Positions 14,075 to 25,410 of a DNA stretch of 64,000 bases are shown piece after piece. The notes under the pieces are model-generated. The model did no database searches and had not been told where the DNA came from. It worked only from the letters and a program-made list of their open reading frames with translations. The first letter of the stretch is position 1; each line of letters starts with the position of its first letter. The position numbers were made by a program, and so were the translations under genes. The DNA is from the human T2T-CHM13v2.0 reference genome, Homo sapiens: assembly GCF_009914755.1 (NCBI RefSeq), contig NC_060947.1. One strand, given 5' to 3'.

Positions 14075-14569
14075 TAGTTTATTCTTTTATTCATTTATTA
14101 TGATCTTTCGTTCTCCCCTTTGTCTCAGTGACCCTCAGTCCAGATAACCTGGGTTCTTCTCCAGTCTATTTCATTAGAGATTTAATATCTCTCATCTGAC
14201 ATAATTTTCATCTGATTTTTGCATTTCAGTTTCATTTTAAAAATATATGGTGGTATTCTCTGAAAAGAGGCAGCTGTTGTCGGTGGCCCCCAGGAATAAC
14301 TCTGTAAATTACAAAGGAGACTCCATTTTAACAGGCCTATGTGGTCCCTTTTGTCCTCCTTTTGGTAAGTTATCCCTTACTTTTGAGGGCCACAAAGCAT
14401 TTGCTAAAGGAGGGCATAACGAAGGTCCAGGTAGAGATTAGACATACTCTCTGACATGAAGAAACTTTCATTATGGTAGAAAGGGAATAATTGATTGCTC
14501 AGCCATTTACAGTTGTATTAAGTCAAGACGTTGGGCTGTTGTTAGTCTTGTTAAGTGCTTCTTGTTTAT

Positions 14570-15110
14570 CAATTACTTTTTATCAGTTACTTCGACCTGG
14601 GCAGTGTGGGAGAGACAGATGCTGCTCTCCAGGAGCTCAGTCTATTAGAGGAGACATGTTGGTAACTGCAACAAAAGCCAGCCTCTCCTCAGGGTGTTTA
14701 CAAAGGTGTCCTGTGCTGCAGGAGTAGAGGGGCAGGAGGGATTCATTTTGTCTGGGATGATTTAGAAAGGAGTTTTGGAGAAGCTGGGCTCTGAGTTGTA
14801 GGTTGTGCCTTGAAAAATCACAGATGGCAAGGATCCCAGATGAAGAAGCATCTAGCACAACAGCCCATGGCAAGGCACATTTGGGAAATGGCAAGGCAAT
14901 CAGTGTGGCTAAGAGGTAGAAGGTGCTGTAATGTAAGGTGGGCTTTGGGGCTAAATTGTGGAGAACATTGAAGGCCAAGCCGAGGACTTTGGCTTTGTCT
15001 GTGCAATGAGGTGCCAGCAAAGCCTCCTCCACCACCTGGTAGAATTTACATAGTGTGTCAACAGTTTTTGAACAGGATAATGATCATTATCATAGTGATG
15101 TTCGTAATCA
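14570..15110 (-). mobile_element. L2 fragment
   Basis: tctccaggagctcagtcta...ggccaagccgaggactttggctttgtctgtgcaatgag. Confidence 0.6.
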
Positions 15111-15204
15111 GTTGTTCATTGTAATGAAGAAATTTGGCCATTTTTCAGTATTTCTGAGATGTCAGGCCAAAAAATAAAATGTGTTAGTAATTGTTACGCA
15201 CGAG

Positions 15205-15430
15205 AGAGGCAACATGGGGAAGTTGTGGAGTACTGCACCAGAAAGCCAAAGCCTTGGGTTTGAGTACTGGTTCTGTGGTATGCCAGCTGTGTCCCCAGGG
15301 TTATTCACTTATTCTCTGTTGGCCTCCATGGGCTTATCTATTAAAGGGGCATGACCATTGCCTTCTCAGATAGTTATGTTATTGAAGTGATATAATAGAT
15401 AAAAGCTTTTGTAAATTATAAAATACCGTC
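15205..15430 (+). mobile_element. MIR
   Basis: cttgggtttgagtactggttctg...agctgtgtccccagggttattcactt. Confidence 0.6.
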
Positions 15431-15695
15431 TGTAAGTGAAGAGCTGTTTTTTATGAAGAACAAAAAGTTTAAATGAAGCTGCATTCGAGAGGAGAGGTTC
15501 CTACAGGCATTTCAGTCCCTTTAACCTAAAGCCAGAAGGGGGAGGAGTTCCCTCCCACTTTCACTTCCTACCCGAGGCCTTATTTTAGTTTTTCATTTTG
15601 TATGTCTTACAGTCAGTCCAGCTCTAACGTTTTTCTCCAAATCCAGCAACCTTTGAGTCTAACTTTATGCCCCGTCTAACCAATGGGCTGTGGAG

Positions 15696-15985
15696 CATTC
15701 ATTCATTCATTCATTCATTCATTCCACAAGTGTTTATTGAGTACCAACTCTTCTAGGCACTTGGAATACATCCGAGAATAAAATAAAGAGCCTTGCTCTT
15801 GTGGAGCTTACATTCCATTTGGCCTGGGGCAGGGGTGTGGGGGGCGGGGGGGCAAGCAATAAACAGCTAAACATAGTAAAGTTACAAGTATAGTATATGA
15901 GAAGATGACAAGTGCTGTGTAAGAAATAGGGCAGGGTAAGGGGAGTTGAGTGTGCTGGATGTTAGAGCAGTTTGCAATTTAAATG
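15696..15985 (-). mobile_element. L2 3' end with (CATT)n tail
   Basis: (cattcatt)n then tttattgagtacc...gtggagcttacattcc. Confidence 0.8.
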
Positions 15986-16889
15986 AAAGAAAAATCTTAT
16001 GTGAAAGGACTTTGTAAATGGAAAAGTCCTAAACAAATATTCAAGATGAATACTTGTAGACTAGTTTGAAAACTGCCAAGGTTGTCTGCATCCTTTTAGA
16101 GCATCATCTGCTTCAAGGAACTTCATTCACTCATTCAATCAATCAATCAATATTTATTGAGTGCCCGCTTGGTTGAATGAATAAATGCTGATGATAATAA
16201 TGATAGCTATTATTATGAAGTGCCTACTAAAGCATTATTTATGTATGTGATCTCATTTAATCCTTGTAACAACTCAGTAATGCAGACACATGTTCCCAAG
16301 TGAGCAGCACTCTGGAGTGTGGGCAATGATTCTGATTAAGGAAATCGTTCTTCATTCTGAAAAGCAAATGTGGGAACAAAATGGCTTTGATGAGGATTAC
16401 TGATGTTTTTCAGGTTGTCAGGGTCAGCTGCTCAGCAAATTCTGGCAGTGACTTTCTTTCCATTCCCTTTAGTGCCATTGCTTTATCAGTAGTCACCAGT
16501 GGACTCAAGACATGGCTGTTTTAAAGAAGTTCTCTCAGCAGCTGCTGAAGTAGACAGGTTGGTGTGGTTGGTGGTCGCCTTAGCATACACAATGGAGGCC
16601 TCCTTGTGTTCAAATCCTCAATTTCATAAGGTGAAGTCATGTGTCCTTTCATTAGAGAGGAACCATATTAAGAATTATGTGAGTGAGTGGACCTTTTAGG
16701 TCTCTTCGATTCCAGCTACTAAGCGAATAACAAGTATGTTTCCAGGTTGGAAGCACTAAGAAAGGAGATGAGGAGGAAGGGACTTGGAAAAGGTAAAATT
16801 GGAAACGAGGAAGAAAAGCAGATGAAAGGCCCTGGTCACAGTTCCAGGCTAGGCTGAACTCTGCTCAGTTAGGAGAAGGACCTAGTTCA

Positions 16890-16986
16890 CTCTCCTTCCC
16901 CCCACCCATCACTCCCCCTCTTTCCCTCCTCTCTTCCCCCTCCCATGCCCTACTTTCCTTCCCTCCCCCTCTCCTCCTTCTCTCCT
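16890..16986. repeat. Polypyrimidine low-complexity tract
   Basis: Nearly all C/T for ~95 bp. Confidence 0.8.
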
Positions 16987-19900
16987 AGAGCTGCAGCTCA
17001 CTAAATATCTGGCTATTACTGAGCTGGAGATCCAGCTAGAGATGACACTGCTTTCTGCTGGAGAAACCAGCAGAGGATGGGCTATCAAACCCTGCCAGTT
17101 CTGCTCTTTTAATTTATAGCTTTTCATTCCATGGTTTCCTTTCTATACTCAAAGCCACTGCCTCACCATCTCTTTACTGGTTTATTAAAATAGCCTCTTA
17201 AATTCTAAGCTTTCTGCTATCCAGATGTAACCCTGCAACTTACCTGTGTGGGGTTATTCAGTGGTTCTCCACTTCCTTTAGAATAAAACTAGGCTCTTGA
17301 ATGTGGCCTGCAAGGATCTTCCTGATCTGGCCTCTACCTGTCTCTTCATTCCTTCCCAGTTATGTGACTAGATCTTTATGTTTTAGCTCTAGTTTTACCT
17401 CCTCCAAGCAGAGTTCCCTGATCCCCAGGCATGGTTGTGTTCTTGCCTGTGTAGATTTTTGTATATAATGTTGCTTTAATTACAGAGTGTCTTCATTGGT
17501 TGCTTGCTTTGCTCTCTCTGCACCAGATTGCCAGTTACTTGAGATCAGCTTTACTCATTTTGTCCCCCACCTTTTGGTTTGTTCAGCCACCACATTTAAC
17601 TGTGGAGTGACTTACCTTCTTGTCTGTCTGGCACACATCATTTAATTTCTCCTACCCGAGCCTTCCTTTTCAATTTAATTCATTTTAGTTCATGCCATTT
17701 ACCAGATAGTGTGGCAGTTTCTGGGAACAGGAACGTAAGGAAGATATGGTTGCTGTTTGGGGGGTCTCACAGTTTCATGGGGAGACTGCTGGGGACAGAA
17801 ATTCTTCATTACAGTCTGTAGAGCCTGCAGACCCTTGGGAGAATCCTCAGGCCTTTCCACCAAGTCTTCAACAGGAACAGCCCTGCTTGTCTCTTATTGT
17901 TGGGATTTTTGTAGAAGCTTTTGGAGGCAGAGGGCGGTGGGGCAGCAAAGGCAAAAAACCAAAAAGGTAGTTACTTAGATACCACTATTTTAAAGTAAAA
18001 CCTACGGTGTTAAGTGCTGTAAAACAGTCTAAACAAAAGAGACACTCTGTCTTCTTGTTTGACAAAAGTCTTTTTTATTTTTTTATTTTTTTCTTGTTAA
18101 GGTCCAGCCATTCTGTTTATACTTCCAGGAAGTTTGGAGATAGATGGGTGCCCTTCCACCATTCCCACCATCTTACTGAGTGGATAAGATACTTTCCCTT
18201 TCTCCACTATTTAATTCAGAGGTCTTCAAACTTTTGGGGAGGCAACAGTTTAGCTATCTCAAAGCATAAAGCTACCCAAAGACAGGTTGTGCTAAATTCC
18301 CTGTTTGGGGCCAGAGCTAGTGGGTTCTCTCTTCTGTACAGGCAGAGCATTCTGTATTGACCTCTGCAACAGCCACTAACACAGTGTAATGCTATTGCCT
18401 ATTTTGTATTCGTCAGCCCCCCACCCCTGAGATAATCCGATCCTCTTAATGGCATGGCCTTTCTGTGTGCCCTAGCAGTGGGCCCTGCAGAGAATGAGTG
18501 CTTCTTCAGGTTTGAGCAGAGAAGGGAAGAAATGGGAGAGGGGAGGGGAAGGGGAGGGGATGGTGTGGAGAAGTCTTGACCACAGAGGGCTGACTAATTG
18601 CCAGAACAAGGCCTAGGAAAGAATCTGGGCCTGAAGAGCTGAGTGGTAACGGGAGTAGTGGAGTATGTATGAGGACAGGGGAGGAGAGCAAGGGCCATGG
18701 TATTCAGGGATTCTACTCTCCAAGCGTTTCCTGATGACTTCTGTGGGAAAGCATTTCTCACTTCCTGGAATCCAGCCCTTCCCTATTTCTAGGCCTGAGC
18801 TGTGAAGGTTCAGCTGTCTTTGAAAGGGTTTCCTCTGTAACATGGGGACTCTAATCCAGAGGCTGAAGAGGAGTCACAGTCTTTCTGAGTCTAGTAAGTT
18901 GTCACTTGACCTGAAGGGTTTTAGGCAGATACTTTAGGAGAAGGTCAAATGTGGCCTTAGGGAAACTAGCATTTCCAGATCGCATGCTCAAAGCTCTGTC
19001 CAGGGTACATTCACTTGTGAGTTTATTTATCCATCCTCCATCCTATCCCCCCACCCCCGGGTCACCGCGTGTGATGTTCTTCAAGGCCTTCTCTTTACTA
19101 AATTGCTAAGAGTCAGGATTTGTATTTGAATCTGCAGCCTCATGCGGAGCAGGACAAATCTCTTCAACTTTGAACAGCCGTGATTTCATGCCACAGGAGA
19201 AGAGGATAGTTTGTTTTTTTTTTTTTTCTGATTTTGATTGATTGATATTGATATTTTAGTTACTAACGTGCTGCATTATTCTACTTTGGCCACCCTGATA
19301 ATAACTTTTGATGCTTCACACAGGGAGATCACTGTTTTCCCCCACTGCTTAAGAAAGAAAAATTTTGTGAAAACTTTGGATGTGAGAGTCATGCAAAAAC
19401 GCATAGCAATCATCAGGAAAATGTCTTCATTAACGCAGAAACAATGGTTCCTTACCCACCAGTATGTTAATGTATGTTAAACCAGTCTGTTGACATGTAA
19501 ATTCTAATTTGCACACCTCAGGTTTTACCTGCCTCACTCACTGCTAGGACTTCTGAGGAAACCCTCTTTGAAAAAATGTTTCTAGCTTTTATGTCCTACA
19601 GTTTCCCCAACAGACAGAATTCCAACAAGCAATGACTCTGTAGGATGACTAAAGAACTGAGGCATCTGCCAAACTAAGACGTGCTTGCTTAATAAAGGAA
19701 AAAACATTCAGCCTAGTTTTCATAACATATTTTGCAATTGAGAGTTTTATTAACCATTTATCCTGTGAGCATTCAGAAAGGGTACAAGAAGAATCAAAGG
19801 ATACAATTTTAGAAATCTCAATAACCATAAGGCTGCCTTAATAGTTCATGCACATCATGCATGTTGGGACCGAAAGATAGTAAGATATCTCCACTGTCTT

Positions 19901-20484
19901 TATTCAGTCTTATTTAATATATTATTAAAATTGGGCAAGGGACCAGCTCAGACCCATGTATGAATGAGCATATGGCTGTTGGTCAAGTTGGCCACTGAAT
20001 CCACTCACTACTGTAGCTATGGAGTAGGAGAAACTTTATTTCAGACACGCTGTCAACCAGGAATTGACTTGTCTGGACAAGACAGTTTGTTTGCTTTTAT
20101 TGTCCTCAAATTAAACTACTCTCTGTCCGACTCTTCAACTTGTCTCAAATGTTTGATGAAACACTGGGAGAATTGTCAATATCGCTCAACTTCTAAGTCA
20201 CTAAACATCCTAATTCTTTACATTCCTTGCAGCTGAGGCCATTTTCCTTCAGAATTCTTTCAAGCAGTTGGGAGGGTGGAGGGTTCTGTGAGACACCAGG
20301 GGGGGTTAGAGCCTTTACTTTGGCCTTGCAGACTGGTGATCGTTCTCAGCCAGAGAGAGGTGTGGAGCTTGTGTAGAGGCTTACAAAGTGCTAATGACTA
20401 AAAGAAAAATCAGCATAGGTTAATACATTCTAAAGTAGATGGAAATCCATGCATGTGGTTGCTTCAGAGCAACCCCAGTTTATT

Positions 20485-20559
20485 GCGCCACTGCACTCTC
20501 CAGCCTGGGCGACAGAGTGAGACTCTGTCTCAAAAAAAAAAAAAAAAAAAAAAAAAAAA
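20485..20559 (+). mobile_element. Severely 5'-truncated Alu (3' ~47 nt + A28)
   Basis: gcgccactgcactctccagcctgggcgacagagtgagactctgtctc-A28; TSD cccagtttatt both sides. Confidence 0.93.
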
Positions 20560-22327
20560 CCCAGTTTATTCCATTGTTATCATACCTGCTTCCCCCAGAT
20601 ATACGAGCAATGCAAAAATTTTTATTGTCTTTAGTAGAGATCCCAGTTGTCGAAATTGGAGAAATTAATGTATTCTCTTGAGCCCAAACACCTGTTCATC
20701 CTGTATCCCCTACCACGAATAATCAGTTCTTGTCATGATTATGATAGGCCTGTTGAGAAAATTGCCCATCTCCTTATTATAATTTTTATGCATACTCAAA
20801 ATGAATATTTAAACTGAGTTTTGTCAAGAGCTATGTCCAGTTATTAGGTATGCACAACGGTATGTGAGTAGGGTATATGCAAAATTGGGTTTTAATATAA
20901 AAATAAAATGCTGAGATTTTTGTCTCATCCTAATAAAATACCAAGAACTCCATCTACCCCTCCCTGCTTTTCTAACACTCCTAGTCACAAATATATGCTC
21001 AAAAAGAAGATAATTATCATAAGGCATCTTTATTATTACAGATTACTCGATTGTAAATCTTTCTTTGGCAAAATGACTTGATTGATTTTGGAATTTGAGC
21101 CTCTTTGTGATACACTGCTTAGAAGTGACCATTTCAGAGAAGGCAAAGGGGGACTTAGGCACACTCAGAAAAGCATGCTGAATAAATAGGGGGAATCACA
21201 CTGAATTGCCAAAGATTATTTTAATGGCTCAAACCCCTTCCTGTTACAATAATTACAGGAACATCTTTAAGCTCTTCTCTGAAGAACTTGTGAATTGAAA
21301 TAGAAAATGTTTTAATGAATTTAAATTATTTAAAAATTGGTATTAGAATTTTCAGGATGAATTATTTTTGTATTCCCCTCTTGTTTATTAAGCATGAGCA
21401 GTTATTAATGCATTTTTCCTCCTATAATACACTTATTATTTGTACAATTGTGTATAGTGTTATGTCACATAGAAATATATCTCTTTAGGATGATTATTAC
21501 TTTAGGAAAATATGCAGAAATCACATTGTAGCAGAAACAGCTACATTTCAAAATAACATTTATTCTTTTTCAAATTGTTTTTTATAAAAAGATCTGGTTG
21601 TAATTTCTGCCGGTAAGTTTAGTGTGGTGACAAATATTAGACTATTTTATACATCTGAGGATAGTGATACATCAGTTTCCTAATTCTAAAAGCCCTGTTA
21701 TTCATCACAATGAAAACGAAGACTTCTCTCAAGCACCTGCCTGAAACAGAAGTCTTTCCGACAGACTGTGCATGACCTCTCATTAAATCAGCGTACGGAG
21801 GACTAACCAGCAGATGCTGCTGACATGAACCCAGATGTAATCTCTTTAACCTTGTCCTGTAAGGCACACACAAGTCGTGACCGGAGAATTCAAAGTAAAT
21901 TAGGTTTTACATGAAAGTCTATAATCTAAATTATATTTGACTAAAATGATGCCTGATTTGTGTTTGTAATGAAATATTCCACTATGACTGTTAGCAATGA
22001 TGTTTTTTTGAATGCATACACCTAAGTCTGTTTCTTCACATCCACATCTATCTTACTTTTATTTTTAAATTGCCAGCCAGTTTTTCATTGTTTCACATCC
22101 TTGAAATGAAAAGTCCTTTATAGGAGGAAGATGTATGCAAAGGAATTATTTATCAAGATAATCCACTGAGGTGACAAAGATATTTGATTTCAAGAATTCA
22201 TGGAAGAAGGGTCACTTTACAAGTCCAAATATAATTGTTTTCTGTTAGAAATATTTTCTTTATATTTAGTATGAGTATTAGAGCTCCTTTATTATATGTA
22301 ATCTTCATCCTGCAAGTGTTTTGTTAA

Positions 22328-22688
<361 letters not shown>

Positions 22689-23531
22689 TAGTCAACACAC
22701 TTCTTACGGAAATTCAGTTAGTCATAATAAAAAATTATAAGTCATTACCAGAATTCCTATGTTTTTACATTTCTTGTTTCTTTTCTAAACTTCCTGTTTT
22801 TAGGTATGTAATTCTTTTGTCCAAAGATAACCTACAGAAAGTTGAAAACATCTTGGCTTCAGCTCCTTTTTGAGTCAGGAGCTAGTTGCAGGAAATTTTA
22901 CAATTCACTTCTTAAAGCTATAGTTTTTCTTTATCTTTAACATCTCCACTCTCTCCCTGTAACCCTCAGAGGTTTGAATGAGCTAATGCCTGGGTGACCA
23001 CTCCCCAACTCTCTCCCCTCACTAGCTATCACCCAGAGATTCGCTGCATGGCCTCATTGTGGGCCTGAGAAGCAAGGTATGGATGTGGGTCGAGATATTT
23101 AGTATTAGGAAACTTTAGGAACACACCCAGGAGGGAGAGAAGGAGGCTAGAGGTGTTTACAGCTTTTGGAGCCCAATGCATTTCTGGGTAAGTGAGTATT
23201 TCCAGCTATCAATTGCTGCTGATAGTGATTTGTTAAAAAAAAAAAAAAAAAAAAAGGAAACTCAGCAATTAACACTGAGAGCACAAGTGTGCTCTTTGCT
23301 GTCCTAATCTAAAGCATTCTTCTCATGCAGTGGGTGGTTGAAGCATCCTGAAGAATTGGAATGCATACTGGATTAAGGATCTGGAGACTGGAATTCTAAA
23401 TCTGTCTCTCATCTTTCAGTAGCTAGCTGTGTAGCCTTGGGGTATTTAGTCACTTTCTTGAGGTGGACATTTATGCTACTCTGCAGATGTAATAATAGGT
23501 CATCTTTTTAAAAAGTTACTAATTGAAATTT

Positions 23532-23716
23532 AAAAACAAATTATTGAGATGCAATTTACATTTAGTGAGGTACCCAGCTCTTAAGTGTAGAGAAAGATCA
23601 ATTTTAAAATACATATACAACCCTGTGACCACCACCTATGTCAAGATATGGGACATCTCCAGTACTTCAGCAAACTCATCCTTGTGCTTCCTAAGCCACA
23701 CTTTAGACCTCTATTG
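23532..23716 (-). mobile_element. Old L1 (L1ME-like) 3' terminal fragment
   Basis: ttattgagatgcaatttaca...ccctgtgaccaccacc...gtcaagatatgggacatctccag; flanking 13-bp direct repeat ctaattgaaattt. Confidence 0.7.
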
Positions 23717-23873
23717 CTAATTGAAATTTGAGCTGGGCATTTATATGTAAACTTTGATCTCACTTAGCTGAATATAACTAGGTAGTATCCAGTCAATAAG
23801 CATCTCATAAAAGATTTTTTAAAAAAATTTACTCTGACTTTTCTTCTATTTCTTTTCTTAAGGAAGTGGAGTA

Positions 23874-24138
23874 CAGTCATGGGTCACTTAATGACCAGGG
23901 TATGTTCTGATAAATGCTTTGTTAGGTGATTTTGTCACTGTGTGAACATCATAGCATGTACTTACACAAATCTAGATGGGATGGCCTTCTATACACCTAG
24001 GCTGTATGGTATGGCCTGTTGCTTCTAGACTACAAACCAAAGAGCATGTTATTGTACTGAATACTGTAGACAACTATAACACAATGGTATTTGTGTATCT
24101 AAACATACCTAAAGATAGAAAAGTTAAACAGTAAAACT
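23874..24138 (+). mobile_element. Tigger3/MER7-like TcMar element, 3'-truncated
   Basis: ta|cagtcatg...ttctgataaatgc...gttaggtgattttgtc...tgtgaacatcatag...cttacacaaatctagatgg. Confidence 0.85.
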
Positions 24139-24139
24139 A

Positions 24140-24389
24140 GAAGGGGAAGCAAACACGTCCTTCTTCACATAGTGGCAGCAAGGAGAAGTGCCAAGCAAAA
24201 GGAGAAAAAGCGCCTTATAGAACCACCAGATCTCCTGAGAACTCACTCACTATCATGAGAACAGCAGCATGGGGGTAACTGCCTCCGTGATTCAATCACC
24301 TCCCACTGGCTCTCTCCCATGACACATGGGAATTATGGGAATTACAATTCAAGATGACATTTAGGTGGGGACACAGCCAAACCGTATCA
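24140..24389 (-). mobile_element. THE1 (THE1D-like) MaLR LTR, partial
   Basis: Ends ggtggggacacagccaaaccgtatca (reverse complement of THE1 5' end); gaagcaaacacgtccttcttcaca. Confidence 0.92.
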
Positions 24390-24609
24390 CTCCCTGAGTC
24401 TTAGCTTGACTGTGAAGTCAGAACCCAGAGGGCCTCCCTTAGGTACCTGTGTGTGCAACAATAGCATCAGTACCAAGATTTCCCATGCTTACCCTCACAA
24501 TTCTAGGTTTTAATGTGGGATCTGGGAAAAAAAGCAAAAGGAACTGTTTTCACACATTATGCCCAGCATAGTGTTAAAATTGCTAGCAACAGACTAACAA
24601 CAGGTAATA

Positions 24610-24820
24610 TTGATGTGGTGCTTTAGGGTTTTTTAAGGGACTTTCTTCTACATTGCCTTCTTGGGACTTCACAGCCATTCTGCAAGCATGTGTTATTCCT
24701 CTCTTTTACAGAGGTGGGTATGGAAACTCAGAGAGTGAAATGATTTGCTTAGGATCACATAGCCAGGAAGGGGAGATTTTTGAATTTCACCTTAGATTGG
24801 TCTGATTTCAAAATCACTTA
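24610..24820 (-). mobile_element. MIR
   Basis: ggaaactcagagagtgaaatgatttgcttaggatcacatagc. Confidence 0.65.
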
Positions 24821-25208
24821 ACACGTTTTCCCCTTATAGGCCTTTTTTTTCTGCAGGAAAATTGTTTATGGGAGTTCCTATTTCTCTTCTTTTCCCTTTC
24901 TTACCTCACCTGGCATAGTAGTTTTGTCAGTGGTTGGGCCAGTGCAAAATGACACTGCCAACATGTGGGCAAATTACTCCTTAGGGGCATTACCCGAGAG
25001 CTGCTGGGGAAGGAAGTAATTGGTGTGGATTGGAAATGGTGTCCAAGTGAAGCAATAGAGTCTGGGCTCAAACTCAAAGGACTAACTGGGGATTTATGGG
25101 CCAGTCCCCAGATACTGCGATGCTCAGCAAGGCAGATTGCCCACCAGGATGACTGTCTTGCACTGAACATTCTCCCCTTGTGTGAGTGGGGAGGGGAGAT
25201 GTCTAGAT

Positions 25209-25410
25209 CTGCCCTGTCCAGTAAGTTAAGCCACCAGTCACATGTAGACATTTAAATTTAAATTTCGATTACTTCCAATTAAATAAAATTGAAAATTCAG
25301 TTTCTCAGTTGCACTAGGCACAAGTGTTCAATAGCCATATGATCACCATATTGATTAGTGCAGATCTAGAAGATTTCCATCATTGCAGAAAGTTCTGTTG
25401 GACAGCACTG
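25209..25410. mobile_element. MER3 (hAT-Charlie)
   Basis: Termini ctgccctgtcca / tggacagcactg; TSD gtctagat / atctagaa. Confidence 0.85.
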
